A DNA stretch of 64,000 nt, taken from positions 18,104,001 to 18,168,000 of the forward strand of contig OZ059894.1 of assembly GCA_964057225.1 (NCBI GenBank), given 5' to 3'. Below the pieces are notes generated by a model, which had not been told where the DNA came from, made no database searches, and was given only the letters and a program-made list of their open reading frames with translations. Source of the stretch: Auanema rhodensis (Eukaryota > Animalia > Nematoda). A program made the position numbers and the translations under genes. Shown here piece after piece: positions 14,201 to 28,300 of the stretch (within the stretch, counting starts at the first letter, position 1; each line of letters begins with the position of its first letter).

Positions 14201-17200
14201 GAAAACCGCATCTCTTTATCTTTTACGAGAAGCGAGTTACATACCATGTGTAAATCACGTGTACATTTAATTAGCATAAATTAAAGTTCACGTAAATTTC
14301 AAAGTCATGGTTACCATGCACCAGTATCAATGAAAATTTGTTTTTGGACTAATATGGCCATCGGGAATTTAATTTTGAAAACGGCATCTCTTCATCTTTG
14401 AGTTACATACCATGTGTACATCACGTGTACATTTAATTAGCATAAATTAAAGTTCACGTAAATTTTAAAGTCATGGTTACCATGCACCAATATCCATAAA
14501 AATTTGTTTTTAGACTAATATGGAAATGGGGAATCTAATTTTGAAAACCGCATCTCTTTATCTTTTACGGCAAGCGAGTTACATACCATGTGCACATCAC
14601 GTGTACATTTAATTAGCATAAATTAAAGTTCACGTAAATTTCAAAGTCATGGTTACCTTGCACCAGTATCAATGAAAATTTGTTTTCGGACTAATATGGC
14701 CATGGGGAATCTAATTTTGAAAACCGCATCTCTTTATCTTTTACCGGAAACGAGTTACATATCATGTGTACATCACGTGTACATTTAATTAGCATAAATT
14801 AAAGTTCACGTAAATTTTAAAGTCATGGTTACCATGCACCAATATCCATAAAAATTTGTTTTCAGTCTAATATGGAAATGGGGAATCTAACTTTGAAAAC
14901 CGCATATCTTTATCTTTCACGGGAAGCGAGTTACATACCATGTGCCCATCACGTGTACATTTAATTAGCATAAATTAAAGTTCACGTAAATTTTAAAGTC
15001 ATGGTTACCATGCACCAATATCCATAAAAATTTGTTTTCAGTCTAATATGGAAATGGGGAATCTAATTTTGAAAACCGCATCTCTTTATCTTTTACCGGA
15101 AACGAGTTACATATCATGTGTACATCACGTGTACATTTAATTAGCATAAATTAAAGTTCACGTAAATTTTAAAGTCATGGTTACCATGCACCAATATCCA
15201 TAAAAATTTGTTTTTAGACTAATATGGAAATGGGGAATCTAATTTTGAAAACCGCATCTCTTTATCTTTTACGGGAAGCGAGTTACATACCATGTGCACA
15301 TCACGTGTACATTTAATTAGCATAAATTAAAGTTCACGTAAATTCTAAAGTCATGGTTACCATGCACCAATATCCATAAAAATTTGTTTTTAGACTAATA
15401 TGGAAATGGGGAATCTAATTTTGAAAACCGCATCTCTTTATCTTTTACGGGAAGCGAGTTACATACCATGTGCACATCACGTGTACATTTAATTAGCATA
15501 AATTAAAGTTCACGTAAATTCTAAAGTCATGGTTACCATGCACCAATATCCATAAAAATTTGTTTTCAGTCTAATATGGAAATGGGGAATCTAACTTTGA
15601 AAACCGCATCTCTTTATCTTTCACGGGAAGCGAGTTACATACCATGTGCCCATCACGTGTACATTTAATTAGCATAAATTAAAGTTCACGTAAATTCTAA
15701 AGTCATGGTTACCATGCACCAATATCCATAAAAATTTGTTTTTAGACTAATATGGAAATGGGGAATCTAATTTTGAAAACCGCATCTCTTTATCTTTTAC
15801 GGGAAGCGAGTTACATACCATGTGCCCATCACGTGTACATTTAATTAGCATAAATTAAAGTTCACGTAAATTCTAAAGTCATGGTTACCATGCACCAATA
15901 TCCATAAAAATTTGTTTTTGGACTAATATAGCCATGGGGAATCTAATTTTGAAAACCGCATCTCTTTATCTTTTACGAGAAGCGAGTTACATACCATGTG
16001 TAAATCACGTGTACATTTAATTAGCATAAATTAAAGTTCACGTAAATTTCAAAGTCATGGTTACCATGCACCTATATCAATAAAAATTTGTTTTCAGTCT
16101 AATATGGAAATGGGGAATCTAATTTTGAAAACCGCATCTCTTTATCTTTTACGGGAAGCGAGTTACATACCATGTGCACATCACGTGTACATTTAATTAG
16201 CATAAATTAAAGTTCACGTAAATTTCAAAGTCATAGTTACCATGCACCAGTATCAATGAAAATTTGTTTTTGGACTAATATGGCCATCGGGAATTTAATT
16301 TTGAAAACGGCATCTCTTCATCTTTGAGTTACATACCATGTGTACATCACGTGTACATTTAATTAGCATAAATTAAAGTTCACGTAAATTTTAAAGTCAT
16401 GGTTACCATGCACCAATATCCATAAAAATTTGTTTTCAGTCTAATATGGAAATGGGGAATCTAACTTTGAAAACCGCATCTCTTTATCTTTCACGGGAAG
16501 CGAGTTACATACCATGTGCACATCACGTGTACATTTAATTAGCATAAATTAAAGTTCACGTAAATTTCAAAGTCATGGTTACCATGCACCAGTATCAATG
16601 AAAATTTGTTTTTGGACTAATATGGCCATCGGGAATTTAATTTTGAAAACGGCATCTCTTCATCTTTGAGTTACATACCATGTGTACATCACGTGTACAT
16701 TTAATTAGCATAAATTAAAGTTCACGTAAATTTTAAAGTCATGGTTACCATGCACCAATATCCATAAAAATTTGTTTTCAGTCTAATATGGAAATGGGGA
16801 ATCTAACTTTGAAAACCGCATCTCTTTATCTTTCACGGGAAGCGAGTTACATACCATGTGCACATCACGTGTACATTTAATTAGCATAAATTAAAGTTCA
16901 CGTAAATTTCAAAGTCATGGTTACCATGCACCAGTATCAATGAAAATTTGTTTTTGGACTAATATGGCCATCGGGAATTTAATTTTGAAAACGGCATCTC
17001 TTCATCTTTGAGTTACATACCATGTGTACATCACGTGTACATTTAATTAGCATAAATTAAAGTTCACGTAAATTTTAAAGTCATGGTTACCATGCACCAA
17101 TATCCATAAAAATTTGTTTTCAGTCTAATATGGAAATGGGGAATCTAATTTTGAAAACCGCATCTCTTTATCTTTTACCGGAAACGAGTTACATATCATG

Positions 17201-17879
17201 TGTACATCACGTGTACATTTAATTAGCATAAATTAAAGTTCACGAAAATTTTAAAGTCATGGTTACCATGCACCAATATCCATAAAAATTTGTTTTTAGA
17301 CTAATATGGACATGGGGAATCTAATTTTGAAAACCGCATCTCTTTATCTTTCACGGGAAGCGAGTTACATATCATGTGCACATCACGTGTACATTTAATT
17401 AGCATAAATTAAAGTTCACGTAAATTTCAAAGTCATGGTTACCATGCACCTATATCAATAAAAATTTGTTTTCAGTCTAATATGGAAATGGGGAATCTAA
17501 TTATGAAAACCGCATCTCTTTATCTTTTACGGGAAGCGAGTTACATACCATGTGTAAATCACGTGTACATTTAATTAGCATAAATTAAAGTTCACGTAAA
17601 TTTCAAAGTCATGGTTACCATGCACCTATATCAATAAAAATTTGTTTTCAGTCTAATATGGAAATGGGGAATCTAATTTTGAAAACCGCATCTCTTTATC
17701 TTTTACGGGAAGCGAGTTACATACCATGTGCACATCACGTGTACATTTAATTAGCATAAATTAAAGTTCACGTAAATTTCAAAGTCATGGTTACCATGCA
17801 CCAGTATCAATGAAAATTTGTTTTTGGACTAATATGGCCATCGGGAATTTAATTTTGAAAACGGCATCTCTTCATCTTT

Positions 17880-17999
17880 GAGTTACATACCATGTGTACA
17901 TCACGTGTACATTTAATTAGCATAAATTAAAGTTCACGTAAATTTTAACATGGGGAATCTAATTATGAAAACCGCATCTCTTTATCTTTTACGGGAAGC
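17880..17999. repeat. Truncated 120-bp monomer (56-bp internal deletion), copy 2
   Basis: Same junction at 17948/17949. Confidence 0.95.
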
Positions 18000-19035
18000 G
18001 AGTTACATACCATGTGTAAATCACGTGTACATTTAATTAGCATAAATTAAAGTTCACGTAAATTTCAAAGTCATGGTTACCATGCACCTATATCAATAAA
18101 AATTTGTTTTCAGTCTAATATGGAAATGGGGAATCTAATTTTAAAAACCGCATCTCTTTATCTTTTACGGGAAGCGAGTTACATACCATGTGCACATCAC
18201 GTGTACATTTAATTAGCATAAATTAAAGTTCACGTAAATTTCAAAGTCATGGTTACCATGCACCAGTATCAATGAAAATTTGTTTTTGGACTAATATGGC
18301 CATCGGGAATTTAATTTTGAAAACGGCATCTCTTCATCTTTGAGTTACATACCATGTGTACATCACGTGTACATTTAATTAGCATAAATTAAAGTTCACG
18401 TAAATTTTAAAGTCATGGTTACCATGCACCAATATCCATAAAAATTTGTTTTTAGACTAATATGGAAATGGGGAATCTAATTTTGAAAACCGCATCTCTT
18501 TATCTTTTACGGGAAGCGAGTTACATACCATGTGCACATCACGTGTACATTTAATTAGCATAAATTAAAGTTCACGTAAATTTCAAAGTCATGGTTACCA
18601 TGCACCTATATCAATAAAAATTTGTTTTCAGTCTAATATGGAAATGGGGAATCTAATTTTGAAAACCGCATCTCTTTATCTTTCACGGGAAGCGAGTTAC
18701 ATATCATGTGCACATCACGTGTACATTTAATTAGCATAAATTAAAGTTCACGTAAATTTCAAAGTCATGGTTACCATGCACCTATATCAATAAAAATTTG
18801 TTTTCAGTCTAATATGGAAATGGGGAATCTAATTTTGAAAACCGCATCTCTTTATCTTTTACGGGAAGCGAGTTACATACCATGTGCACATCACGTGTTC
18901 ATTTAATTAGCATAAATTAAAGTTCACGTAAATTTCAAAGTCATGGTTACCATGCACCAGTATCAATGAAAATTTGTTTTTGGACTAACATGGCCATCGG
19001 GAATTTAATTTTGAAAACGGCATCTCTTCATCTTT

Positions 19036-19155
19036 GAGTTACATACCATGTGTACATCACGTGTACATTTAATTAGCATAAATTAAAGTTCACGTAAATT
19101 TTAACATGGGGAATCTAATTATGAAAACCGCATCTCTTTATCTTTTACGGGAAGC
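19036..19155. repeat. Truncated 120-bp monomer (56-bp internal deletion), copy 3
   Basis: Same junction at 19104/19105. Confidence 0.95.
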
Positions 19156-22100
19156 GAGTTACATACCATGTGTAAATCACGTGTACATTTAATTAGCATA
19201 AATTAAAGTTCACGTAAATTTCAAAGTCATGGTTACCATGCACCTATATCAATAAAAATTTGTTTTCAGTCTAATATGGAAATGGGGAATCTAATTTTAA
19301 AAACCGCATCTCTTTATCTTTTACGGGAAGCGAGTTACATACCATGTGCACATCACGTGTACATTTAATTAGCATAAATTAAAGTTCACGTAAATTTCAA
19401 AGTCATGGTTACCATGCACCAGTATCAATGAAAATTTGTTTTTGGACTAATATGGCCATCGGGAATTTAATTTTGAAAACGGCATCTCTTCATCTTTGAG
19501 TTACATACCATGTGTACATCACGTGTACATTTAATTAGCATAAATTAAAGTTCACGTAAATTTTAAAGTCATGGTTACCATGCACCAATATCCATAAAAA
19601 TTTGTTTTTAGACTAATATGGAAATGGGGAATCTAATTTTGAAAACCGCATCTCTTTATCTTTTACGGCAAGCGAGTTACATACCATGTGCACATCACGT
19701 GTACATTTAATTAGCATAAATTAAAGTTCACGTAAATTTCAAAGTCATGGTTACCTTGCACCAGTATCAATGAAAATTTGTTTTCGGACTAATATGGCCA
19801 TGGGGAATCTAATTTTGAAAACCGCATCTCTTTATCTTTTACCGGAAACGAGTTACATATCATGTGTACATCACGTGTACATTTAATTAGCATAAATTAA
19901 AGTTCACGTAAATTTTAAAGTCATGGTTACCATGCACCAATATCCATAAAAATTTGTTTTCAGTCTAATATGGAAATGGGGAATCTAACTTTGAAAACCG
20001 CATATCTTTATCTTTCACGGGAAGCGAGTTACATACCATGTGCCCATCACGTGTACATTTAATTAGCATAAATTAAAGTTCACGTAAATTTTAAAGTCAT
20101 GGTTACCATGCACCAATATCCATAAAAATTTGTTTTTAGACTAATATGGAAATGGGGAATCTAATTTTGAAAACCGCATCTCTTTATCTTTTACGGGAAG
20201 CGAGTTACATACCATGTGCACATCACGTGTACATTTAATTAGCATAAATTAAAGTTCACGTAAATTTCAAAGTCATGTTTACCATGCGCCTATATCAATA
20301 AAAATTTGTTTTTAGTCTAATATGGCCATGGGGAATCTAATTATGAAAACCGCATCTCTTCATCTTTTACGGGAAGCGAGTTACATACCATGTGTAAATC
20401 ACGTGTACATTTAATTAGCATAAATTAAAGTTCACGTAAATTTCAAAGTCATGGTTACCATGCACCTATATCAATAAAAATTTGTTTTCAGTCTAATATG
20501 GAAATGGGGAATCTAATTTTGAAAACCGCATCTGTTTATCTTTCACGGGAAGCGAGTTACATACCATGTGCACATCACGTGTACATTTAATTAGCATAAA
20601 TTAAAGTTCACGTAAATTTCAAAGTCATGGTTACCATGCACCAGTATCAATGAAAATTTGTTTTTGGACTAATATGGCCATCGGGAATTTAATTTTGAAA
20701 ACGGCATCTCTTCATCTTTGAGTTACATACCATGTGTACATCACGTGTACATTTAATTAGCATAAATTAAAGTTCACGTAAATTTTAAAGTCATGGTTAC
20801 CATGCACCAATATCCATAAAAATTTGTTTTAAGACTAATATGGAAATGCGGAATCTAATTTTGAAAACCGCATCTCTTTATCTTTTACCGGAAACGAGTT
20901 ACATACCATGTGCACATCACGTGTACATTTAATTAGCATAAATTAAAGTTCACGTAAATTTCAAAGTCATGGTTACTTTGCACCAGTATCAATGAAAATT
21001 TGTTTTCGGACTAATATGGCCATGGGGAATCTAATTTTGAAAACCGCATCTCTTTATCTTTTACGGGAAGCGAGTTACATACCATGTGCACATCACGTGT
21101 ACATTTAATTAGCATAAATTAAAGTTCACGTAAATTTTAAAGTCATGTTTACCATGCACCAATATCCATAAAAATTTGTTTTTAGACTAATATGGAAATG
21201 GGGAATCTAATTTTGAAAACCGCATCTCTTTATCTTTTACGGGAAGCGAGTTACATACCATGTGCACATCACGTGTACATTTAATTAGCATAAATTAAAG
21301 TTCACGTAAATTTCAAAGTCATGGTTACCATGCACCTATATCAATAAAAATTTGTTTTCAGTCTAATATGGAAATGGGGAATCTAATTTTGAAAACCGCA
21401 TCTCTTTATCTTTTACCGGAAACGAGTTACATACCATGTGCACATCACGTGTACATTTAATTAGCATAAATTAAAGTTCACGTAAATTTCAAAGTCATGG
21501 TTACCATGCACCTATATCAATAAAAATTTGTTTTCAGTCTAATATGGAAATGGGGAATCTAATTTTGAAAACCGCATCTCTTTATCTTTTACGGGAAGCG
21601 AGTTACATACCATGTGCACATCACGTGTACATTTAATTAGCATAAATTAAAGTTCACGTAAATTTCAAAGTCATGGTTACCATGCACCAGTAACAATGAA
21701 AATTTGTTTTTGGACTAATATGGCCATCGGGAATTTAATTTTGAAAACGGCATCTCTTCATCTTTGAGTTACATACCATGTGTACATCACGTGTACATGT
21801 AATTAGCATAAATTAAAGTTCACGTAAATTTTAAAGTCATGGTTACCATGCACCAATATCCATAAAAATTTGTTTTTAGACTAATATGGAAATGGGGAAT
21901 CTAATTTTGAAAACCGCATCTCTTTATCTTTTACGGGAAGCGAGTTACATACCATGTGCACATCACGTGTACATTTAATTAGCATAAATTAAAGTTCACG
22001 TAAATTTCAAAGTCATGGTTACCATGCACCAGTAACAATGAAAATTTGTTTTTGGACTAATATGGCCATCGGGAATTTAATTTTGAAAACGGCATCTCTT

Positions 22101-22329
22101 CATCTTTGAGTTACATACCATGTGCACATCACGTGTACATTTAATTAGCATAAATTAAAGTTCACGTAAATTTCAAAGTCATGGTTACCTTGCACCAGTA
22201 TCAATGAAAATTTGTTTTCGGACTAATATGGCCATGGGGAATCTAATTTTGAAAACCGCATCTCTTTATCTTTTACGGGAAGCGAGTTACATACCATGTG
22301 CACATCACGTGTACATTTAATTAGCATAA

Positions 22330-25300
22330 ATTAAAGTTCACGTAAATTTCAAAGTCATGGTTACCATGCACCAGTAACAATGAAAATTTGTTTTTGGACT
22401 AATATGGCCATCGGGAATTTAATTTTGAAAACGGCATCTCTTCATCTTTGAGTTACATACCATGTGTACATCACGTGTACATGTAATTAGCATAAATTAA
22501 AGTTCACGTAAATTTTAAAGTCATGGTTACCATGCACCAATATCCATAAAAATTTGTTTTTAGACTAATATGGAAATGGGGAATCTAATTTTGAAAACCG
22601 CATCTCTTTATCTTTTACGGGAAGCGAGTTACATACCATGTGCACATCACGTGTACATTTAATTAGCATAAATTAAAGTTCACGTAAATTTCAAAGTCAT
22701 GGTTACCATGCACCAGTAACAATGAAAATTTGTTTTTGGACTAATATGGCCATCGGGAATTTAATTTTGAAAACGGCATCTCTTCATCTTTGAGTTACAT
22801 ACCATGTGCACATCACGTGTACATTTAATTAGCATAAATTAAAGTTCACGTAAATTTCAAAGTCATGGTTACCTTGCACCAGTATCAATGAAAATTTGTT
22901 TTCGGACTAATATGGCCATGGGGAATCTAATTTTGAAAACCGCATCTCTTTATCTTTTACGGGAAGCGAGTTACATACCATGTGCACATCACGTGTACAT
23001 TTAATTAGCATAAATTAAAGTTCACGTAAATTTTAAAGTCATGTTTACCATGCACCAATATCCATAAAAATTTGTTTTTAGACTAATATGGAAATGGGGA
23101 ATCTAATTTTGAAAACCGCATCTCTTTATCTTTTACGGGAAGCGAGTTACATACCATGTGCACATCACGTGTACATTTAATTAGCATAAATTAAAGTTCA
23201 CGTAAATTTCAAAGTCATGGTTACCATGCACCTATATCAATAAAAATTTGTTTTCAGTCTAATATGGAAATGGGGAATCTAATTTTGAAAACCGCATCTC
23301 TTTATCTTTTACCGGAAACGAGTTACATACCATGTGCACATCACGTGTACATTTAATTAGCATAAATTAAAGTTCACGTAAATTTCAAAGTCATGGTTAC
23401 CATGCACCTATATCAATAAAAATTTGTTTTCAGTCTAATATGGAAATGGGGAATCTAATTTTGAAAACCGCATCTCTTTATCTTTTACGGGAAGCGAGTT
23501 ACATACCATGTGCACATCACGTGTACATTTAATTAGCATAAATTAAAGTTCACGTAAATTTCAAAGTCATGGTTACCATGCACCAGTAACAATGAAAATT
23601 TGTTTTTGGACTAATATGGCCATCGGGAATTTAATTTTGAAAACGGCATCTCTTCATCTTTGAGTTACATACCATGTGTACATCACGTGTACATGTAATT
23701 AGCATAAATTAAAGTTCACGTAAATTTTAAAGTCATGGTTACCATGCACCAATATCCATAAAAATTTGTTTTTAGACTAATATGGAAATGGGGAATCTAA
23801 TTTTGAAAACCGCATCTCTTTATCTTTTACGGGAAGCGAGTTACATACCATGTGCACATTACGTGTACATTTAATTAGCATAAATGAAAGTTCACGTAAA
23901 TTTCAAAGTCATGGTTACCTTGCACCAGTATCAATGAAAATTTGTTTTCGGACTAATATGGCCGTGGGGAATCTAATTTTGAAAACCGCATCTCTTTATC
24001 TTTTACCGGAAACGAGTTACATATCATGTGTACATCACGTGTACATTTAATTAGCATAAATTAAAGTTCACGTAAATTTTAAAGTCATGGTTACCATGCA
24101 CCAATATCCATAAAAATTTGTTTTCAGTCTAATATGGAAATGGGGAATCTAACTTTGAAAACCGCATCTCTTTATCTTTCACGGGAAGCGAGTTACATAC
24201 CATGTGCCCATCACGTGTACATTTAATTAGCATAAATTAAAGTTCACGTAAATTTTAAAGTCATGGTTACCATGCACCAATATCCATAAAAATTTGTTTT
24301 TAGACTAATATGGAAATGGGGAATCTAATTTTGAAAACCGCATCTCTTTATCTTTTACGGCAAGCGAGTTACATACCATGTGCACATCACGTGTACATTT
24401 AATTAGCATAAATTAAAGTTCACGTAAATTTCAAAGTCATGGTTACCTTGCACCAGTATCAATGAAAATTTGTTTTCGGACTAATATGGCCATGGGGAAT
24501 CTAATTTTGAAAACCGCATCTCTTTATCTTTTACCGGAAACGAGTTACATATCATGTGTACATCACGTGTACATTTAATTAGCATAAATTAAAGTTCACG
24601 TAAATTTTAAAGTCATGGTTACCATGCACCAATATCCATAAAAATTTGTTTTCAGTCTAATATGGAAATGGGGAATCTAACTTTGAAAACCGCATCTCTT
24701 TATCTTTCACGGGAAGCGAGTTACATACCATGTGCCCATCACGTGTACATTTAATTAGCATAAATTAAAGTTCACGTAAATTTTAAAGTCATGGTTACCA
24801 TGCACCAATATCCATAAAAATTTGTTTTTAGACTAATATGGAAATGGGGAATCTAATTTTGAAAACCGCATCTCTTTATCTTTTACGGGAAGCGAGTTAC
24901 ATACCATGTGCACATCACGTGTACATTTAATTAGCATAAATTAAAGTTCACGTAAATTTCAAAGTCATGTTTACCATGCGCCTATATCAATAAAAATTTG
25001 TTTTTAGTCTAATATGGCCATGGGGAATCTAATTATGAAAACCGCATCTCTTCATCTTTTACGGGAAGCGAGTTACATACCATGTGTAAATCACGTGTAC
25101 ATTTAATTAGCATAAATTAAAGTTCACGTAAATTTCAAAGTCATGGTTACCATGCACCTATATCAATAAAAATTTGTTTTCAGTCTAATATGGAAATGGG
25201 GAATCTAATTTTGAAAACCGCATCTGTTTATCTTTCACGGGAAGCGAGTTACATACCATGTGCACATCACGTGTACATTTAATTAGCATAAATTAAAGTT

Positions 25301-28300
25301 CACGTAAATTTCAAAGTCATGGTTACCATGCACCAGTATCAATGAAAATTTGTTTTTGGACTAATATGGCCATCGGGAATTTAATTTTGAAAACGGCATC
25401 TCTTCATCTTTGAGTTACATACCATGTGTACATCACGTGTACATTTAATTAGCATAAATTAAAGTTCACGTAAATTTTAAAGTCATGGTTACCATGCACC
25501 AATATCCATAAAAATTTGTTTTAAGACTAATATGGAAATGGGGAATCTAATTTTGAAAACCGCATCTCTTTATCTTTTACCGGAAACGAGTTACATACCA
25601 TGTGCACATCACGTGTACATTTAATTAGCATAAATTAAAGTTCACGTAAATTTCAAAGTCATGGTTACCTTGCACCAGTATCAATGAAAATTTGTTTTCG
25701 GACTAATATGGCCATGGGGAATCTAATTTTGAAAACCGCATCTCTTTATCTTTTACGGGAAGCGAGTTACATACCATGTGCACATCACGTGTACATTTAA
25801 TTAGCATAAATTAAAGTTCACGTAAATTTTAAAGTCATGTTTACCATGCACCAATATCCATAAAAATTTGTTTTTAGACTAATATGGAAATGGGGAATCT
25901 AATTTTGAAAACCGCATCTCTTTATCTTTTACGGGAAGCGAGTTACATACCATGTGCACATCACGTGTACATTTAATTAGCATAAATTAAAGTTCACGTA
26001 AATTTCAAAGTCATGGTTACCATGCACCTATATCAATAAAAATTTGTTTTCAGTCTAATATGGAAATGGGGAATCTAATTTTGAAAACCGCATCTCTTTA
26101 TCTTTTACCGGAAACGAGTTACATACCATGTGCACATCACGTGTACATTTAATTAGCATAAATTAAAGTTCACGTAAATTTCAAAGTCATGGTTACCATG
26201 CACCTATATCAATAAAAATTTGTTTTCAGTCTAATATGGAAATGGGGAATCTAATTTTGAAAACCGCATCTCTTTATCTTTTACGGGAAGCGAGTTACAT
26301 ACCATGTGCACATCACGTGTACATTTAATTAGCATAAATTAAAGTTCACGTAAATTTCAAAGTCATGGTTACCATGCACCAGTAACAATGAAAATTTGTT
26401 TTTGGACTAATATGGCCATCGGGAATTTAATTTTAAAAACGGCATCTCTTCATCTTTGAGTTACATACCATGTGTACATCACGTGTACATGTAATTAGCA
26501 TAAATTAAAGTTCACGTAAATTTTAAAGTCATGGTTACCATGCACCAATATCCATAAAAATTTGTTTTTAGACTAATATGGAAATGGGGAATCTAATTTT
26601 GAAAACCGCATCTCTTTATCTTTTACGGGAAGCGAGTTACATACCATGTGCACATTACGTGTACATTTAATTAGCATAAATTAAAGTTCACGTAAATTTC
26701 AAAGTCATGGTTACCTTGCACCAGTATCAATGAAAATTTGTTTTCGGACTAATATGGCCGTGGGGAATCTAATTTTGAAAACCGCATCTCTTTATCTTTT
26801 ACCGGAAACGAGTTACATATCATGTGTACATCACGTGTACATTTAATTAGCATAAATTAAAGTTCACGTAAATTTTAAAGTCATGGTTACCATGCACCAA
26901 TATCCATAAAAATTTGTTTTCAGTCTAATATGGAAATGGGGAATCTAACTTTGAAAACCGCATCTCTTTATCTTTCACGGGAAGCGAGTTACATACCATG
27001 TGCCCATCACGTGTACATTTAATTAGCATAAATTAAAGTTCACGTAAATTTTAAAGTCATGGTTACCATGCACCAATATCCATAAAAATTTGTTTTTAGA
27101 CTAATATGGAAATGGGGAATCTAATTTTGAAAACCGCATCTCTTTATCTTTTACGGGAAGCGAGTTACATACCATGTGCACATCACGTGTACATTTAATT
27201 AGCATAAATTAAAGTTCACGTAAATTTCAAAGTCATGGTTACCATGCGCCTATATCAATAAAAATTTGTTTTTAGTCTAATATGGCCATGGGGAATCTAA
27301 TTATGAAAACCGCATCTCTTTTTCTTTTACGGGAAGCGAGTTACATACCATGTGTAAATCACGTGTACATTTAATTAGCATAAATTAAAGTTCACGTAAA
27401 TTTCAAAGTCATGGTTACCATGCACCTATATCAATAAAAATTTGTTTTCAGTCTAATATGGAAATGGGGAATCTAATTTTGAAAACCGCATCTCTTCATC
27501 TTTGAGTTACATACCATGTGTACATCACGTGTACATGTAATTAGCATAAATTAAAGTTCACGTAAATTTCAAAGTCATGGTTACCATGCACCAGTAACAA
27601 TGAAAATTTGTTTTTGGACTAATATGGCCATCGGGAATTTAATTTTGAAAACGGCATCTCTTCATCTTTGAGTTACATACCATGTGTACATCACGTGTAC
27701 ATGTAATTAGCATAAATTAAAGTTCACGTAAATTTTAAAGTCATGGTTACCATGCACCAATATCCATAAAAATTTGTTTTTAGACTAATATGGAAATGGG
27801 GAATCTAATTTTGAAAACCGCATCTCTTTATCTTTTACGGGAAGCGAGTTACATACCATGTGCACATCACGTGTACATTTAATTAGCATAAATTAAAGTT
27901 CACGTAAATTTCAAAGTCATGGTTACCATGCACCAGTAACAATGAAAATTTGTTTTTGGACTAATATGGCCATCGGGAATTTAATTTTGAAAACGGCATC
28001 TCTTCATCTTTGAGTTACATACCATGTGCACATCACGTGTACATTTAATTAGCATAAATTAAAGTTCACGTAAATTTCAAAGTCATGGTTACCTTGCACC
28101 AGTATCAATGAAAATTTGTTTTCGGACTAATATGGCCATGGGGAATCTAATTTTGAAAACCGCATCTCTTTATCTTTTACGGGAAGCGAGTTACATACCA
28201 TGTGCACATCACGTGTACATTTAATTAGCATAAATTAAAGTTCACGTAAATTTTAAAGTCATGTTTACCATGCACCAATATCCATAAAAATTTGTTTTTA

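Noticed and set aside
23850-24050. 66-aa ORF MCTLRVHLIS...
   Set aside because: It lies wholly in satellite sequence. It exists only because a private T>G at 23886 turns the usual TAA into GAA, and the duplicate copy at 29106 keeps the stop.
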